From positions 65,658,001 through 65,722,000 of the forward strand of contig NC_091999.1 of assembly GCF_044704955.1 (NCBI RefSeq): 64,000 nucleotides of DNA. The letters run 5' to 3'. Below the pieces are notes generated by a model. It did not search any database. It saw nothing but the letters and a program-made list of their open reading frames with translations, and had not been told where the DNA came from. The DNA is from Pristiophorus japonicus (taxonomy: Eukaryota). The translations under genes and the position numbers were made by a program. Below, in pieces: positions 12,800 to 25,600 of the stretch (its first letter is position 1; each line of letters begins with the position of its first letter).

Positions 12800-13310
12800 C
12801 CATATGGAGGTTCGGCTCAAACGGGAGTATTGTGTACAATTCTGGGCACTGTATATTAGGAAGTAAGTGAAGGCATTAGAGAGGGTGGAGAAAAAATAAT
12901 GGATATTATATCAGGAATGAGGGAGTTCAGTTACATTGATAGACTGGAGAAGCAGGGGTTATTCTCCTTCGAGCAGAGAAGATTGAGAGGAGATTTGATA
13001 GAGGAGGGATCTGGACAAGTAGATAACCTATTCGGATTTGCAGGAGTGTCTAGATGCAGAGGATACAAATTTAAGGTGTTTGGCCAAAGGCGATGTAAGA
13101 AAACACCTTTTTACAGAGCGAGTGATTAAGATCTGGAATGCACAGCCTGAAAGGGTGGTGGAGACAGACACTATCTTATCTTTAAAAAAGGAAGTTGAAT
13201 AAGTATCTGAAGGAAAAAAAAAGGGCTTCGGCAAAAGGGAGGGGTAGTAGGACCAGCTGAGAGTCGGCACGGGCTCGATGGGCCGAATGACCTTCTTCCG
13301 TGCTCTGTAG
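12800..13310 (+). mobile_element. CR1 LINE 3' fragment
   Basis: EYCVQFWA, MREFSYIDRLEKQGLFSFEQRRLRGDLIE and a CR1-type 3' UTR. Confidence 0.9.
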
Positions 13311-14035
13311 AATTGTATAATAATGAGAAAACTTTAAAACTAACTGTAAATAACAGAACATGAAGAAATCTCTTGCACTGAACTATAAATCGATCTCAAT
13401 ATTGATAATTAGAATCGTCTACACTTGAAAGAGGGAAATTGTGAATTCATCGACCTCATCCGACGTTATTGCAGTTGATCGTATGAAAGCCAAGGAGATA
13501 CTAATGGCCGTAAACTATCTAAGCTTGTCACACATTATTGAGGAAGATATACATTACAAACTACAACACAATTCGATAAATGCATGTTTAATGGAGAAAT
13601 TGCGCCATTCTCAGACCATGATGGTTAGCAATTCAGTTTGTTAGTACCACCCATTAGCGCGTTGGTGGTGTGCTAATGGGTTTCCGCAGCGCACACAATT
13701 TTTGCGCCGCTTGCAAATTTCAGTTGAATTTTAGCTGAGGCAGTTAGAGCTGTGCCCTTTAGCGCAAGGAAGATCGTGACATCAGCACGAGTTCAATGCC
13801 ACGCTAGCGCCCCAGACACGACCTTCATTTTTTTTGCCTCAATATCACCTGGCGCGAAAGTCACCAGAGAAAGCAGGCGCTCCATCCTGTGTTTGGCGCT
13901 ATTTAAAGGGATGAACAACCGGGTCACTGAGAGGTCAGAGTGAGTGCCATGTGTGATGGCCGCACAATGTGTTGCTCTTTATTTCTTTAGCTAAGCAAAT
14001 GCCTACACTTTCATCTCATTCTTTGATACGTAGAT

Positions 14036-14450
14036 TTGGCAATGCTGACCTTTCACCTTTGCCGATGGAAGCGACTACGTAAGCTCCTGCACCATCTGCA
14101 GATGCAGAATAAGGCCAACGTGGGCCGAGGCCTGAGGAGTAGGCGTCGAGGTCGGTACAGAAGGCCTTATCCCCTGTCCACTACACCAAGGTTTATCGGA
14201 AGCAATTCTCCTGCATTATTATTTTGGAGGAGCAGTGCCGAATAAGATTTAGCTTCAGTAAGGAGGTGTTCACACAGCTATGCCACCTTCTGCTGACAGG
14301 CCACCAGCTGCACTTCAGGACCAGGATTTCGGACAAGCTCAGATCAGTAGTGCTCAGCTTAGATGACACCAGCTCCTTCCACGCACCAGCAGAGGATACT
14401 CAAACATCTCCAAATTTGGTGTTTGTTGCTGAATCCTGGACGTCTCACGT
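14036..14450 (+). pseudogene. Harbinger transposase (HARBI1-like) N-terminal remnant
   Basis: RRRGRYRRPYP ... EEQCRIRFSFSKEVFTQLCHLL; the catalytic C-terminal half is not seen. Confidence 0.7.
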
Positions 14451-15099
14451 GCCTACACCGCAAGAGAATGGATTGCACCAACTGTGACACAGAGACTTCA
14501 GATGTCCTAGAAGTACGCACTCGACGAACACTAGCTCTGCAAGGCTTCGCTGCAGACTGCAGCACCTCAGCATGGGCGGCAGCCGTTTTGCATGGCTGAG
14601 GTGCGGACAGTGGCAGGAGCATTGGTGAGTGGCATATGTGGGCGCCCGAATGTTGTCGTCTGCCATTGACTGGGTCAGTGGCTCAACATCCAGAGCAATC
14701 TGCTCGCGCACAGATTGCTGGCCTGCTTCAGCGTTATACTGCTGTGGACCCAGAGACGGTGGCAGCAGTCAGCGCTTGCGTGGCATCAAAGTGAGTCTGC
14801 ATGAGAGCACACTGAGGATTGATGACACCATGCAATGACTCCATTACAGCACGTAGGCTTTGCGTTGTTTTGGTCTATGCTGCAGTGGCTGCTGTACATC
14901 GAGTCCAATATCCGTTGGAAAGTGGCAAGAATAGGGTCGATGGGCTGTGAAGCCACGGCCAAAGCTTGAGGTGGTTTCCCACAACCTCAGATCAAGTGCA
15001 TCGAAGCTCTTGGGCACCCTTACCAATGCACGCAGACGATGGCTGTGTATCTGCAATGATTTTCCGGCCACAACGTCCACATCTGGGTTCCCATCCATG

Positions 15100-16326
15100 T
15101 CATGCTGAGCAGCACTCACGCACGCACTCACTGCGGGAGATTCCCTTTGCACGTGGTGTTTCTGCATCGTGACGTGGCCGGAGCATCACGCAAATCAGAC
15201 CCCTCAAACATGGCCTCGTCCACCAATGTACTGTCCCCACTGCCAGAGGCCGCAGGCTCAACTGATACAGGCACTGAAATATCATCCATCTCGTCCCCGT
15301 CCAACCCCTTGGCTGAACTGGAGAGCTCAAGGACAGGCACCGGGCCTTCCGCGCTCATCATCTGAAAGCACAAAGCCATAAAAGTATGGTTCAGTACAGG
15401 GGAGGGGAGAGGAGTTTGGAGACGAAAGTTACACTAAATTGGGAAAGCATTGTAATGTCAGGGGAAAGTGGTGCAATGGAAGCTGAAAATGGAATGAACA
15501 TAACGACACTCTCCCCAGGGCGGTCGGCTCATCCAAGGCAACAACTCGCAATTGAGCGCCCATGATGGTGGACACTCGCTCCTCCAGGTCCGTTCGTGGC
15601 TGCAGCTTTGTGTCCCCTCCACAAGTGCACAGCTGATCCCCGCGGTTAAGCGCCAGCTTCGGCTGAAAGAAGAATCAGAACGGGCGAGTAAGTGTTGATC
15701 AGTCCATTTGTGAGATATTCCTCACATAGTTCAATATCTGGTATGCTGTGGAATGGCGGCAGATGTGCATGAAACTGTGAATAGCTTCGAAGAGCTGCTG
15801 TGTTAGTGCTGGGATTGGGGGCCAAGAACTTATCGTACATATGCTGCAAACTTTGTGTGTATGCATATAAACAGTAAAATCAGACTATAAGGAGAGGTGG
15901 GGCTGATTTGCATGCAGGCAGAGGGTGTGGCTGACTTAGCAAACGATTACTTTGCATAGGTCTTCACCAAAGAGGAGGGATGCTCTCATGGACATATTGA
16001 AAGAGGTAGTACAGAAAATAAAGTGTGTGAGACAGTGAAGTTCAAATGGTGTCATGGTAAGGTTAATGAAGAAGGTGGTCTTCCTCACGACCTGAATTTT
16101 TTGCGTCATTGCTTTGCAGTTCGGGGCAACATGCACCTATGGACATGTGGGCGGCCACATCCCTCCACTTTCGCCTGAAAAGATTGGGTGATGGCCTCCT
16201 ACCAGTGTTGGGGTGGATGATATCTCTCACTTCTCCTCCGCTTCCAGCAGTGGCTCTAGGGCGGGCTCGGAAAACGATTGACATGCTGCCTTTATTTTGC
16301 GGCTGCCACGTTCTTCTGTAACTCAC
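15100..16326 (-). pseudogene. Harbinger Myb/SANT-like DNA-binding protein remnant (spliced)
   Basis: RDIIHPNTGRRPSPNLFRRKWRDVAAH..PRTAKQ*RKKF, then a second exon KLALNRGDQLCTCGGDTKLQPRTDLEERVSTIMG. A small CR1 piece (NDYFA*VFTKEE, ~15935-16030) sits in the intron. Confidence 0.72.
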
Positions 16327-16929
16327 TCCACAGGCTGCATTCCTGGGAATGGGGCAGTGCCATTAAGAAGCGCTTGGCCTAAGTATGTCTGATGAGGATT
16401 ACCTGACCTCATTAATACTGCGATGTTAGCACCATGCATGTCGGCGTTAGCACCGTAAGAAAAGTGTGCACTGCTTGATTAACGCTCCACTTGCCAAGGG
16501 GCAATAAAAGTGAATATCGCTGTCGCCGATACTTATTAACGCCAAATGCTCAATTTAATGACCAGGAGCTGTTCCACCTCAAAAAGGGCGATATCGACTT
16601 TTCCGCCCATGGCCCAGAAATTTACATCGGGCGGTAGCGCAAATCAGGTGGTATCGGATTGACAGCCCACTATATGCAGCGGTTGATATTCAGTTCCGTT
16701 GAATGCTACAGGCCTTTCTTGCCATTGTGCGCTGGTCTCCTGCATCAGAAAAGGCACGTCCTGTACCACACTGTATCTGTGATCTGACAAGAAAGCAATT
16801 ATAAGCAGGTAAAAAGCATTTGGAGCAAGGATAATAAAATATCCCGCAAACCATAGCACTGAAACCCCATCACAAACGCTCAGCCCTTGAATAATTAACA
16901 TACCGGTACATATACACTTTGTTGAATTG

Positions 16930-18810
16930 AACAAGTACTGGACCAGTTCGATAGATGTTTGGACTCGTGGAGAATCAAAAGATTTTCTGAACGAATGTGA
17001 AAGTTTTGAGGTGGAAGATCAGCTATGATCTTATTGAATGGTGGAGTAGCCTCATGATGTCTTAAGGCCGACTCGTCCTCCGAATTCATGTGTTCTTCAG
17101 AGGTTGTTATAAAGTGTTATGGTTCATGCGATTGGATGTAATATATTATTACAGATTGAGGATTGTTTCATGGACAGACAACATCAAGTAACAAAGAGCG
17201 AGTCTTCTTCGAGATGGCAGGGTGCTACTACTGGAGCGCTTATATGCCGGTGCCACTGGAGGGAGAAACGTGCGGCAGCCTGGCCCTGGGGTCGGGGAGG
17301 TCCCGGCTTGCTGGACATCAGCGAGCCGGGGCCTTTGTTAGGCGCAACTTGTGGTGGCGTACCACTGCAGGAAGTTGCCCGTTGCTGCTGCAGGAGGGCG
17401 ACGGCTGTGAAGAGGGCGACTGGATTTGATATCACCTTAATCCAGGTCGCTGATTGTAGTTTGGGCAGGTACAGCAGGAGCAGCGATTTCGGGTCAAAGG
17501 AGCGGCAAGAGTTCATAGAGAGTTGTGATCGTTGCCCAGGAGAGGCGAGAGTTCAGGGCCCAGTGGAGGCGAGGACCCAGTGGCAGCACGGACCAACCCA
17601 CACTGCGATATGTTTGCACACTCGGTCCGTGCAGCAGAGCTGGTCTCCAGTCGTATTGATTAATCCTTGCCACTGGACTACGACCTAGCTCTGTCAAGCC
17701 TTCCACCCTTCAATATGTAGTTCATGACCTGGAATATTGGTCGTTCATTGAAACACTTGTGCATTCATCTCATTTTAGCGAGGAAACAAGTTATCCTAGT
17801 TTCGAGGGACTGCCTATGATTATGATGGATTTTTGGATCAGCGCATTTGCCTCAGCAATTTAAAACCAATGTCAGTTATATTAATGAGGGTACCGAGTAT
17901 AATATTTCCAAATTTGCTGATGGTACAAAGTAAAGTGGGGGAGTACGCTGTAAGGACGATGCAAAGGGGCAGTTAATTGATATTGGCACGCTAAGTGATT
18001 GGGCAAGGAGACCGTTCATGAAGTATAATGTACATATAATTCCACTTTGTTTTGGAGAAATGGAAAAGTAGAATATTTTGCAAACGGTGAGAGATTACTA
18101 AATGTTGATATTCAGAGGGGTTTGGGTGTCCGTGTACACGAATCACGGAAAGTTAACATGCAGGTCAGCAAACAATTACGAAGGCAAATGCTATGTTAGC
18201 TTTGATTGCATGGGGGTTGAGTAACGAGGTCTAGATGCAATTATAAAAGGTTTTTGTGAGATAACGCCTTGCATAGTGTATACCATTTTATTCTCCTTAT
18301 CTAAAGAAGACTATAGCGCATATGCAGTGACGTTTCACTGCATTGATTCCTGGCATGAGAGAGTTGTCCTCTGGTGAGTGATTGGGTAGAATGGGCCTAA
18401 ATTCTCTGGAGCTTAGAAGAATCAGACGTGATTTCATGGAAACGCATACAATTCTTATAGGGCTAGCCAGGCTTGATGTTCAGAGTGTGTTTCCCTTGGC
18501 TGGACTGTTTAGAACTAAAGATCACAATCGCAGGATAAGGAGGTGGCCATTTAGCGCTAAGATAAGAAATGTCTTCACTCAGACGATTGCGAATATGTGC
18601 AATTCTGTACACTAGATGATTTGGATGGTCATTCGATTAGTATATTTAAGACAGAGTGCGATATCATTTTGGGCACTAAGGCAATGAAACGATATTGGGT
18701 AGAACGGCACACTGGAACTGATATAGAATATCATACCCAGATCTGATTGAATATCAGAGTCGGCTCGATGGTCAAAATGGCCACTACTGTTCTTTTTCCT
18801 TTTCTTCTCA
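16930..18810 (+). mobile_element. Old CR1 LINE fragments
   Basis: HAIGCNILLQIEDCFMDRQHQV, ISKFADGTK and MGLNSLELRRIRRDFMET, with CR1 tails. Confidence 0.9.
17237..17827 (+). mobile_element. Non-autonomous RTE-tailed element nested in CR1
   Basis: Homologous to 6643-7343; ends TCGAGGGACTGCCTATGATTATGATG; the CR1 sequence resumes on both sides. Confidence 0.75.
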
Positions 18811-19299
18811 ATCTGCCTTTTAACACTTCAAGCACCTCGTTCAAATCACCCCTAAAATTCCCATACTCACTGAAATAGAATGCAATTTTATGGATAACCT
18901 ATGTAACCTGCCCACATAATTTAACCTACGATGGCCCGGTAAGAATCTGGTGAATCCTTGGTCCAGCCCCTCTGATGGCCAATATATCCATCCTAAGGTG
19001 AGATGCCCAAATCTGAACTTAGTTTACCATGTACAAAGGTCTAACCAGAATGACACTAGAGCCGGAGAGGGGAATGGAGGTGGTGGTGATGATGCAGCGA
19101 ATATGGCGGGCAATGAAAAAGATAGTTTAATTCTTCCCAACCCTTCACTGTATTAAATTGTGGCTCATCAAAGACTGATCACAGAGGCAGTGCAGGTGGA
19201 GATAAATCAGAGGAGTTAAGGCTGAAGTGGGCAAGTTCTACACTGAGTTTCATCATGCGAAATTGTATGTAATTGCGCTGAATTGGACTTCTCCACATG

Positions 19300-19750
19300 G
19301 AAAGTAATTTTGTACAACTACACCTCCCGACACTAAAGATATCCGTGCTCAACTGGACCTGTCCATACTTTGTATTACCTTCTTTAACTGGACCTGTCCA
19401 CACTGAATGCAACTGTGTAGACCGGAACTGCCCACGCTTAGTATAACCTAGCTGAATGGAACCGGCCCACACTGAGTGTAGCCGTGCTGAACTGAATCTA
19501 TCCACACTGAGTGTAACCGTGCTGAATTGGACCGTCCACACTGAATGAACCGTGCTGAAGGGACCTGCCCATGCTGAGAGTAAGCGTGCTGAATGGAACC
19601 GGTCCACACTGAATATAACTGTGCTGAATTGAACCGGTCCACACATCGTGTAACCGTTCTGAACTGGACCTATCACATTGAGTGTAACCATGCTGACCTG
19701 GACCTATCACACTGAGTGTAACCGTGCTGAACTGGACCTGTCCACATTGA
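19300..19750. repeat. 35-bp minisatellite
   Basis: Unit CACACTGAGTGTAACCGTGCTGAACTGGACCTGTC (period 35, 19468/19503). Confidence 0.95.
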
Positions 19751-20144
19751 ATTTATAGACGCTTGGGTGAAAGTGGAGGTACAGTCGAGGGTGGATATGG
19801 ACACGTGCTTACCTGGAGACGGGCTGGATAATGATACGAGCGGGAACCTGGCTGCGTTTTTCGTCTGCAGGACGAGAGTTTCTCTGGTCAATTACACGTT
19901 TCGCTGAAACCTATTAACTCAGCATTAATGGGTTTAACCACACGAATTCATCGTGTACAAGGTTCACTCTCACTATGACAATCACATATTTAGCTTTTTG
20001 TTGTAGTTTCGAAGAAATGTCATACTGTAATCTGTGGGTGTTTCACTTTATCCCGTTTCAGAGCTGTTTATAGACATTCCATACCACCAAACCATAAACA
20101 CGATCTTGGCAGCGGCTGCATTAATCTGTTTCTTTCAATTACTG

Positions 20145-20205
20145 TAATTAATATAAAAGGCAGGCGATGTGAGGATGTCCCTGGAGCCTGACATCAGGTA
20201 TAAAT
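20145..20205 (+). promoter_or_regulatory. Putative core promoter of GPCR copy 1
   Basis: TATAAAA at 20152-20158 and TATAAAT near 20199, 50-100 bp before the ATG at 20255. Confidence 0.45.
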
Positions 20206-20999
20206 ATGACAATCTGTGATTGTATGCAGAGCACGCGTAGAGCTTCTGAAAGAAATGCATGGGTCACCAAAAGGGCTGGTGTTTGCCCTTTACTATCCTG
20301 CCATTGCAACCATCGGCGTTGCAGGTAAAGTATTTCAGATAATTATTAGTTACAGGAAACATTAGTTAACTGTATCACTGCTCCTATTTGCCAGCAATGC
20401 TTCTCATCTTTAACTCTCTCACTTCTGACGATTCAAACGATGTAACAGAATTATTTTTCATTCTCAACGGAATGACTGCCTAATGTGAGTGTCTGATTCT
20501 CCAATTTTTGTTTTAATGTGTTTTCCAGATAGTCGCATCAGTTTATTTGCTCAGAGGGATATTTTATTGAAATTGAACAATATATGTCACTGTACTGTGA
20601 GTGGTATTACATTCTTATTCCCGTGCACAGATATTTCATATTGTGTCATAGTTATTTGTCTTGTGCGTGGTATCACACCAATATAACTGTGTGGATATAT
20701 TTGATATTGTGTTATTGGTATTTATTCGTCTTCCGAGGCAGTCCCTCGAATCGAGGATGGCTTAATTGTTATTTCATTGTGAATGTTATTATCACACTAG
20801 TAAAATGTACATATATTTCTTATTGTGTTATTAATATTTCACTATGACTGGTATTATTATCCTATTATAACTGTGTATGTATATGTTCTATGGTTTTATT
20901 GGTATTTCACTGTGAGTGGTAATATCGCGCATTTATAACTATGCCCATTTATTTGCTGGTAGTTCTTGTAATTCAGTATACTGCATTCGATGTTCACAT

Positions 21000-22290
21000 G
21001 TGATTTTGTTTATATTAGGGAGACCAATCGCTGGTTAGGTGATCGCTTTTACCTTCATTCAGTCGTAAATGTGACCCTGAGTTCCTGGTCATCTGTTATT
21101 TTAATTCCCCACCCCACTCCCACTCTGAGCTCGCTGTCCTCGGCCTCCTGCATTGTTGTAATGAAGTTCAAAGGAAAGTCGAGGAACAGCACATCGTCTT
21201 TCGATTCGGTGATTTACAACCTTCCGGACTCAAAATTGAATTCAATAACTTCAGATCATAACCAACATTTTTTCGGACACCACCTGTTGGTAATGATTCT
21301 GCTCTTTCCATTTCATCATCATAGGCAGTCCCTCAGAATAGAGGAAGACTTGCTTCCACTCCTAAAGTGAGTACTTTTAATGACAGAACAGTCCAATACG
21401 AGAGCCACAGATCTTGTCACAGGTGGGAGAGACATTTGTTGAGGGAAGCAGTGGATGGTGGAACTGATTTGCCGCATGCTCCTTCTGTTGCCTGCGCCTA
21501 ACCTCTTCGCGCTTGTGGCATTGAGATGCGAAGAGCTTAACGCCCTCACGGATGCACTTTCTCCACCTAGGGCGGACTTCGGTCAGTAAGTTCTAGGTGG
21601 CAGTGGTGATGCCGCACTTTACCAGGGAGGATTTGTGGGTGTCCTTGTAACGTTTCCGCTGTCCACCTTCGGCTCCATATAGAGCAATTACTTAGGGAAT
21701 CTCGTGTCTGACATGCGAACTATGTGGCCTGCCGGGCGAAGCTGATCGAGTGTGGTCAGTGCTTCCATGCTGGGGATGTTAGCTTGGGCGAGGATTCTGA
21801 TGTTGGTGCGCCTGTCCTCCCAGGGGATTTGCATGATCTAGCCGAGACATCGTTGTTCACATATTTCCAGCGACTTGCGGTGCCTTCTGTACATCGCCCA
21901 TGCCTCTGATACATACAGGAGGACGGGTATTACTGCAGTCCTGTAGACCATGAGCTTGATTTTCCTCAGGCGGCTGCTGGACACCTTTTGTTTCTTTACT
22001 TGTCGCATTAGCATCCCTTTTTCTCTTACGCCATTAACCTTTTTGTCATTTAACCAATGCTGCCATCTACCCATTCACTGACCTTCCCTTTTGTTCTTTC
22101 CTCCCCTCGGCCCCTTTCGCTGCCTCTGCACTTGTGTCTCTTATATGTATCCAATTGTGCCGAAAGATCATCGAACTGAAATGTTAACTCTGTTTCTCTC
22201 TCCACAGTTGCTGACTGATCTGCTGATTATTTCCAGCGTTTTTTGATTTTATTTCAGATTTCCAGCAACCGCAGTGTTTTGCTTTTGTAT
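21000..22290 (+). mobile_element. Penelope-like retroelement 3' remnant (GIY-YIG endonuclease plus tail), split by an RTE
   Basis: YIRETNRWLGDRF..YFNSPPHSHSELAVLGLLHCCNEVQRKVEEQHIVFRFGDLQPSGLKIEFNNFRS*; tail TGAAATGTTAACTCTGTTTCTCTCTCCACAG. Confidence 0.85.
21313..21985 (-). mobile_element. RTE LINE 3' fragment
   Basis: KLMVYRTAVIPVLLYVSEAWAMYRRH..QRCL; tail (reverse) CATCATCATAGGCAGTCCCTC. Confidence 0.9.
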
Positions 22291-22339
22291 ATATCTTTGC
22301 TATTACGGTAATGTTGCTGAACTGGGAGTCATATTGTCA

Positions 22340-23430
22340 ACAGTAACAACCTGCATTTATACAGCTCCTTAAAATAGTTAAATTGTTCACAGGAGCGTTG
22401 TGAAACATATTTTAACACATAGCCGCTTACAGAGATATATGCTCAGCAGAGGTATTAAGAAGCTTCTGAAGGAAGAGGTCGTGGCAATGCGCTCGGAGTG
22501 ATGCAAGATTGGAGGAAATAACATAGATAAGAAGGGGTGAAGCTATGACGGGATTTTCAAACAATGTTGAGAATGTTTAATTCGTAGTGATGCTAGACCA
22601 GGATTTAACGTTTGTCAGCGAGCACAGATGTGATGGCTGAACGGGACTCTGTTCGTTTTACGATCAGGGCAGCAGATTTTTTATAAATGCTCAAGTTTTT
22701 GGAGGTTGGCAGGTCGGAAGCCAGACGGGAACGTATTCGAATAGTCAGCCTAGAGGTAACAAGATCTTGGATGAGCGTTTCAACAGCAGATGAGCTGGGA
22801 CAGGGGCAGAGAAGTGTGATGTTATGGAAGTGCAAATAGATGGTCGTGGTGATAGAGCGAATATGTGGTTAGAAACTCAATGTAAGATCAAATAGCATAC
22901 TAAATTTGCCTACAATCTGGCCAGACTCAGACGGTTGTCAGGCATTGGGATGGAGTCAGTGGCCAAGTAACGGGGTTGGTGGAAGGAAGGAAGACAATGG
23001 TTTTGGTCTTCCCAATATTTAGTTGGAGAAAATATATGCTCATCTAGTACGAGATGGTCGGACAATCAGGCTGACAAAGAAAAGAGTCGAGGTAGACCTG
23101 ACTCTCATCAGAATAGATATGGAACCTGATACTGTGCTTTCTTAAGATATCGTGTAGTGTCATCGTGTCGATGAGAAATTGGAGGGCACCAATTACAATT
23201 CCATCAGGGAATCCAGAGAGAATGGATTGCGAGCGGGAGGAGAAGCAATTGTAGGTGATTCTCTGGCTGCAAGGGCCGTTCTACCCATCTGGTCGACGGA
23301 GAAGAGGCGTTGTTGGTGGCTTGTGTGGTCAGCCATGACAAAGGCTGCATACGTTTAGAGAAGGATGAGGAAAGAGAGTTTAACATGGTTACAGATACAT
23401 GGGATGTAACTGGCGATCCTTATAAGAGCT
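22340..23430 (-). mobile_element. L2-clade LINE fragment
   Basis: HFHNITLLCPCPSSSAVETLIQDLVTSRL...SAALIVKRTESRSAITSVLAD, an L2 ORF2 C-terminal motif. Confidence 0.85.
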
Positions 23431-23504
23431 GTTTCAGCGCTATCATAACGGTGTGCACATTTTTCCCATCTTATTATTGGTATTTTGCTGTGGGTAAATG
23501 ATGA

Positions 23505-25600
23505 TTGTGGATGGGCAATAGCAGACATTTAGAGACCGCATGGATGAATTACAACAATTGTACATTCCTGTCTGGCGTAAAAATAAAAAAGGGAAGGTGG
23601 CTCAACCGTGGCTATCGAGGGAAATCAGGGATAGTATTAAAGCCAAGGAAGTGGCATACAAATTGGCCAGAAATAGCAGCGACCCTGGGAACTGGGAGAA
23701 ATTTAGAACTCAGCAGAGGAGACAAAGGGTTTGATTAGGGCAGGGAAAATGGAGTACGAGAAGAAGCTTGCAGGGAACATTAAGGCGGATTGCAAAAGTT
23801 TCTATAGGTATGCAAAGAGAAAAAGGTTAGTAAAGACAAACGTAGGTCCCCGGCATCAGAATCAGGGTAAGTCATAACGGGGAACAAAAAATGGCAGACG
23901 AATTGAACAAGTACTTTGGTTCGGTATTCACTAAGGAGGATACAAACAACGTTCCGGATATAAAAGGGGTCAGAGGGTCTAGTAAGGAGGGGGTACTGAG
24001 GGAAATCTTTATTAGTCGGGAAATTGTGTTGGGGAAATTGATGCGATTGAAGGCCGATAAATCCCCAGGGCCTGATGGACTGCATCCCAGAGTGCTTAAG
24101 GAGGTGGCCTTGGAAATAGCGGATGCGTTGACAGTCATTTTCCAACATTCCATTGACTCTGGATCAGTTCCTATGGAGTGGAGGGAGAGAGAAAAGAGGG
24201 AATTATAGACCGGTCAGCCTGACCTCAGTAGTGGGTAAAATGATGGAATCAATTATTAAGGATGTCATAAGAGTGCATCTGGAAAATGGTGACATGATAG
24301 GTCCAAGTCAGCATGGATTTGTGAAAGGGAAATCATGCTTGACAAATCTTCTGGAATTTTTTGAGGATGTTTCCAGTAAAGTGGAAAAGGAGAACCAGTT
24401 GATGTGGTATATTTGGACTTTCAGAAGGCTTTCGACAAGGTCCCACACGAGAGATTATTGTGCAAAGTTAAAGCACATGGGATTGGGGTTAGTGTGCTGA
24501 CGTGGATTGAGAACTGCTTGTCAGACAGGAAGCAAAGAGTAGGAGTAAACGGGTAATTTTCAGAATGGCATGCAATGTCTAGTGGGGTGCCGGAAGGTTC
24601 TGTGCTGGGACCCCAGCTGTTTACATTGTACATTAATGATTTAGACGAGGGGATTAAATACAGTATCTCCAAATTTGCGGATGACACTAAGTTGGGTGGC
24701 AGTGTGAGCTGCGAGGAGGATGCTAGTAGGCTGCAGACTGACTTGGATAGGTTAGGTGAGTGGGCAAATGCATGGCAGATGAAGTATAATGTGGATAAAT
24801 GTGAGGTTATCCACTTTGGTGGTCAAACAGAGAGACAGACTATTATCTGAATGGTGACAGATTAGGAAAAGGAAAGGTGCAACGAGACCTGGGTGTCATG
24901 GTACATCAGTCATTGAAGGTTAGCATACAGGTACAGCAGGCGGTTAAGAAAGCAAATGGCATGTTGGCCTTCATAGCGAGGGGATTTGAATACAGGGGCA
25001 GGGAGGTTTTGCTACAGTTGTACAGGGCCTTGGTGAGGCCACACCTGGAGTATTGTGTCGAGATTTGGTCTCCTAACTTGAGGAAGGACATTCTTGCTAT
25101 TGAGGGAGTGCAGCGAAGATTAATCAGACTGATTCCCGGGATGGCGGGACTGACCTATCAAGAAAGAGTGGATCAACTGGGCTTGTATTCACTGGAGTTC
25201 AGAAGAATGAGAGGGGACCTCATAGAAACGTTAAAAATTCTGACGGGTTTAGATAGGTTAGATGCAGGAAGAATGTTCCCAATGTTGGGGAAGTCCAGAC
25301 CCAGGGGTCACAGTCTGAGGATTAGGGGTAAGCCATTTAGGACCGAGATGAGGAGAAACTTCTTCACCCAGAGAGTGGTGAACCTGTGGAATTCTGTACC
25401 ACAGAAAGTAGTTGAGGCCAATTCACTAAATATATTCAAAAGGGAGTTAGATGAAGTCCTTACTACTCGGGGGATCAAGGGTTATGGCGAGAAAACAGGA
25501 AGGGGGTACGGAAGTTTCATGTTCAGCCATGAACTCATTGAATGGCGGTGCAGGCTAGAAGGGCTGTATGACCTGCTCCTGCACCTATTTTCTATGTTTC
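23505..25600 (+). mobile_element. CR1 LINE, 5'-truncated, relatively young
   Basis: RT motifs KSPGPDGLHPRVLKE, NYRPVSLTS, GVPEGSVLGP and KFADDTKLGG; a 279-aa C-terminal ORF; TTCTATG tail. Confidence 0.97.

Larger units (their letters stand above)
13590..16608. mobile_element. Degenerate Harbinger/PIF DNA transposon with two convergent ORFs; ends approximate
   Basis: HARBI1-like transposase remnant on + and Myb/SANT-like protein remnant on -, with GC-rich palindromic subterminal sequence. No clean TIR could be read. Confidence 0.75.

Noticed and set aside
14036-14487. Domesticated HARBI1 gene or RAG-like transposase near the RSS
   Set aside because: Frameshifted, lacks the catalytic half, and is paired with a convergent Myb ORF as in ordinary Harbinger elements; no RAG/Transib motifs.
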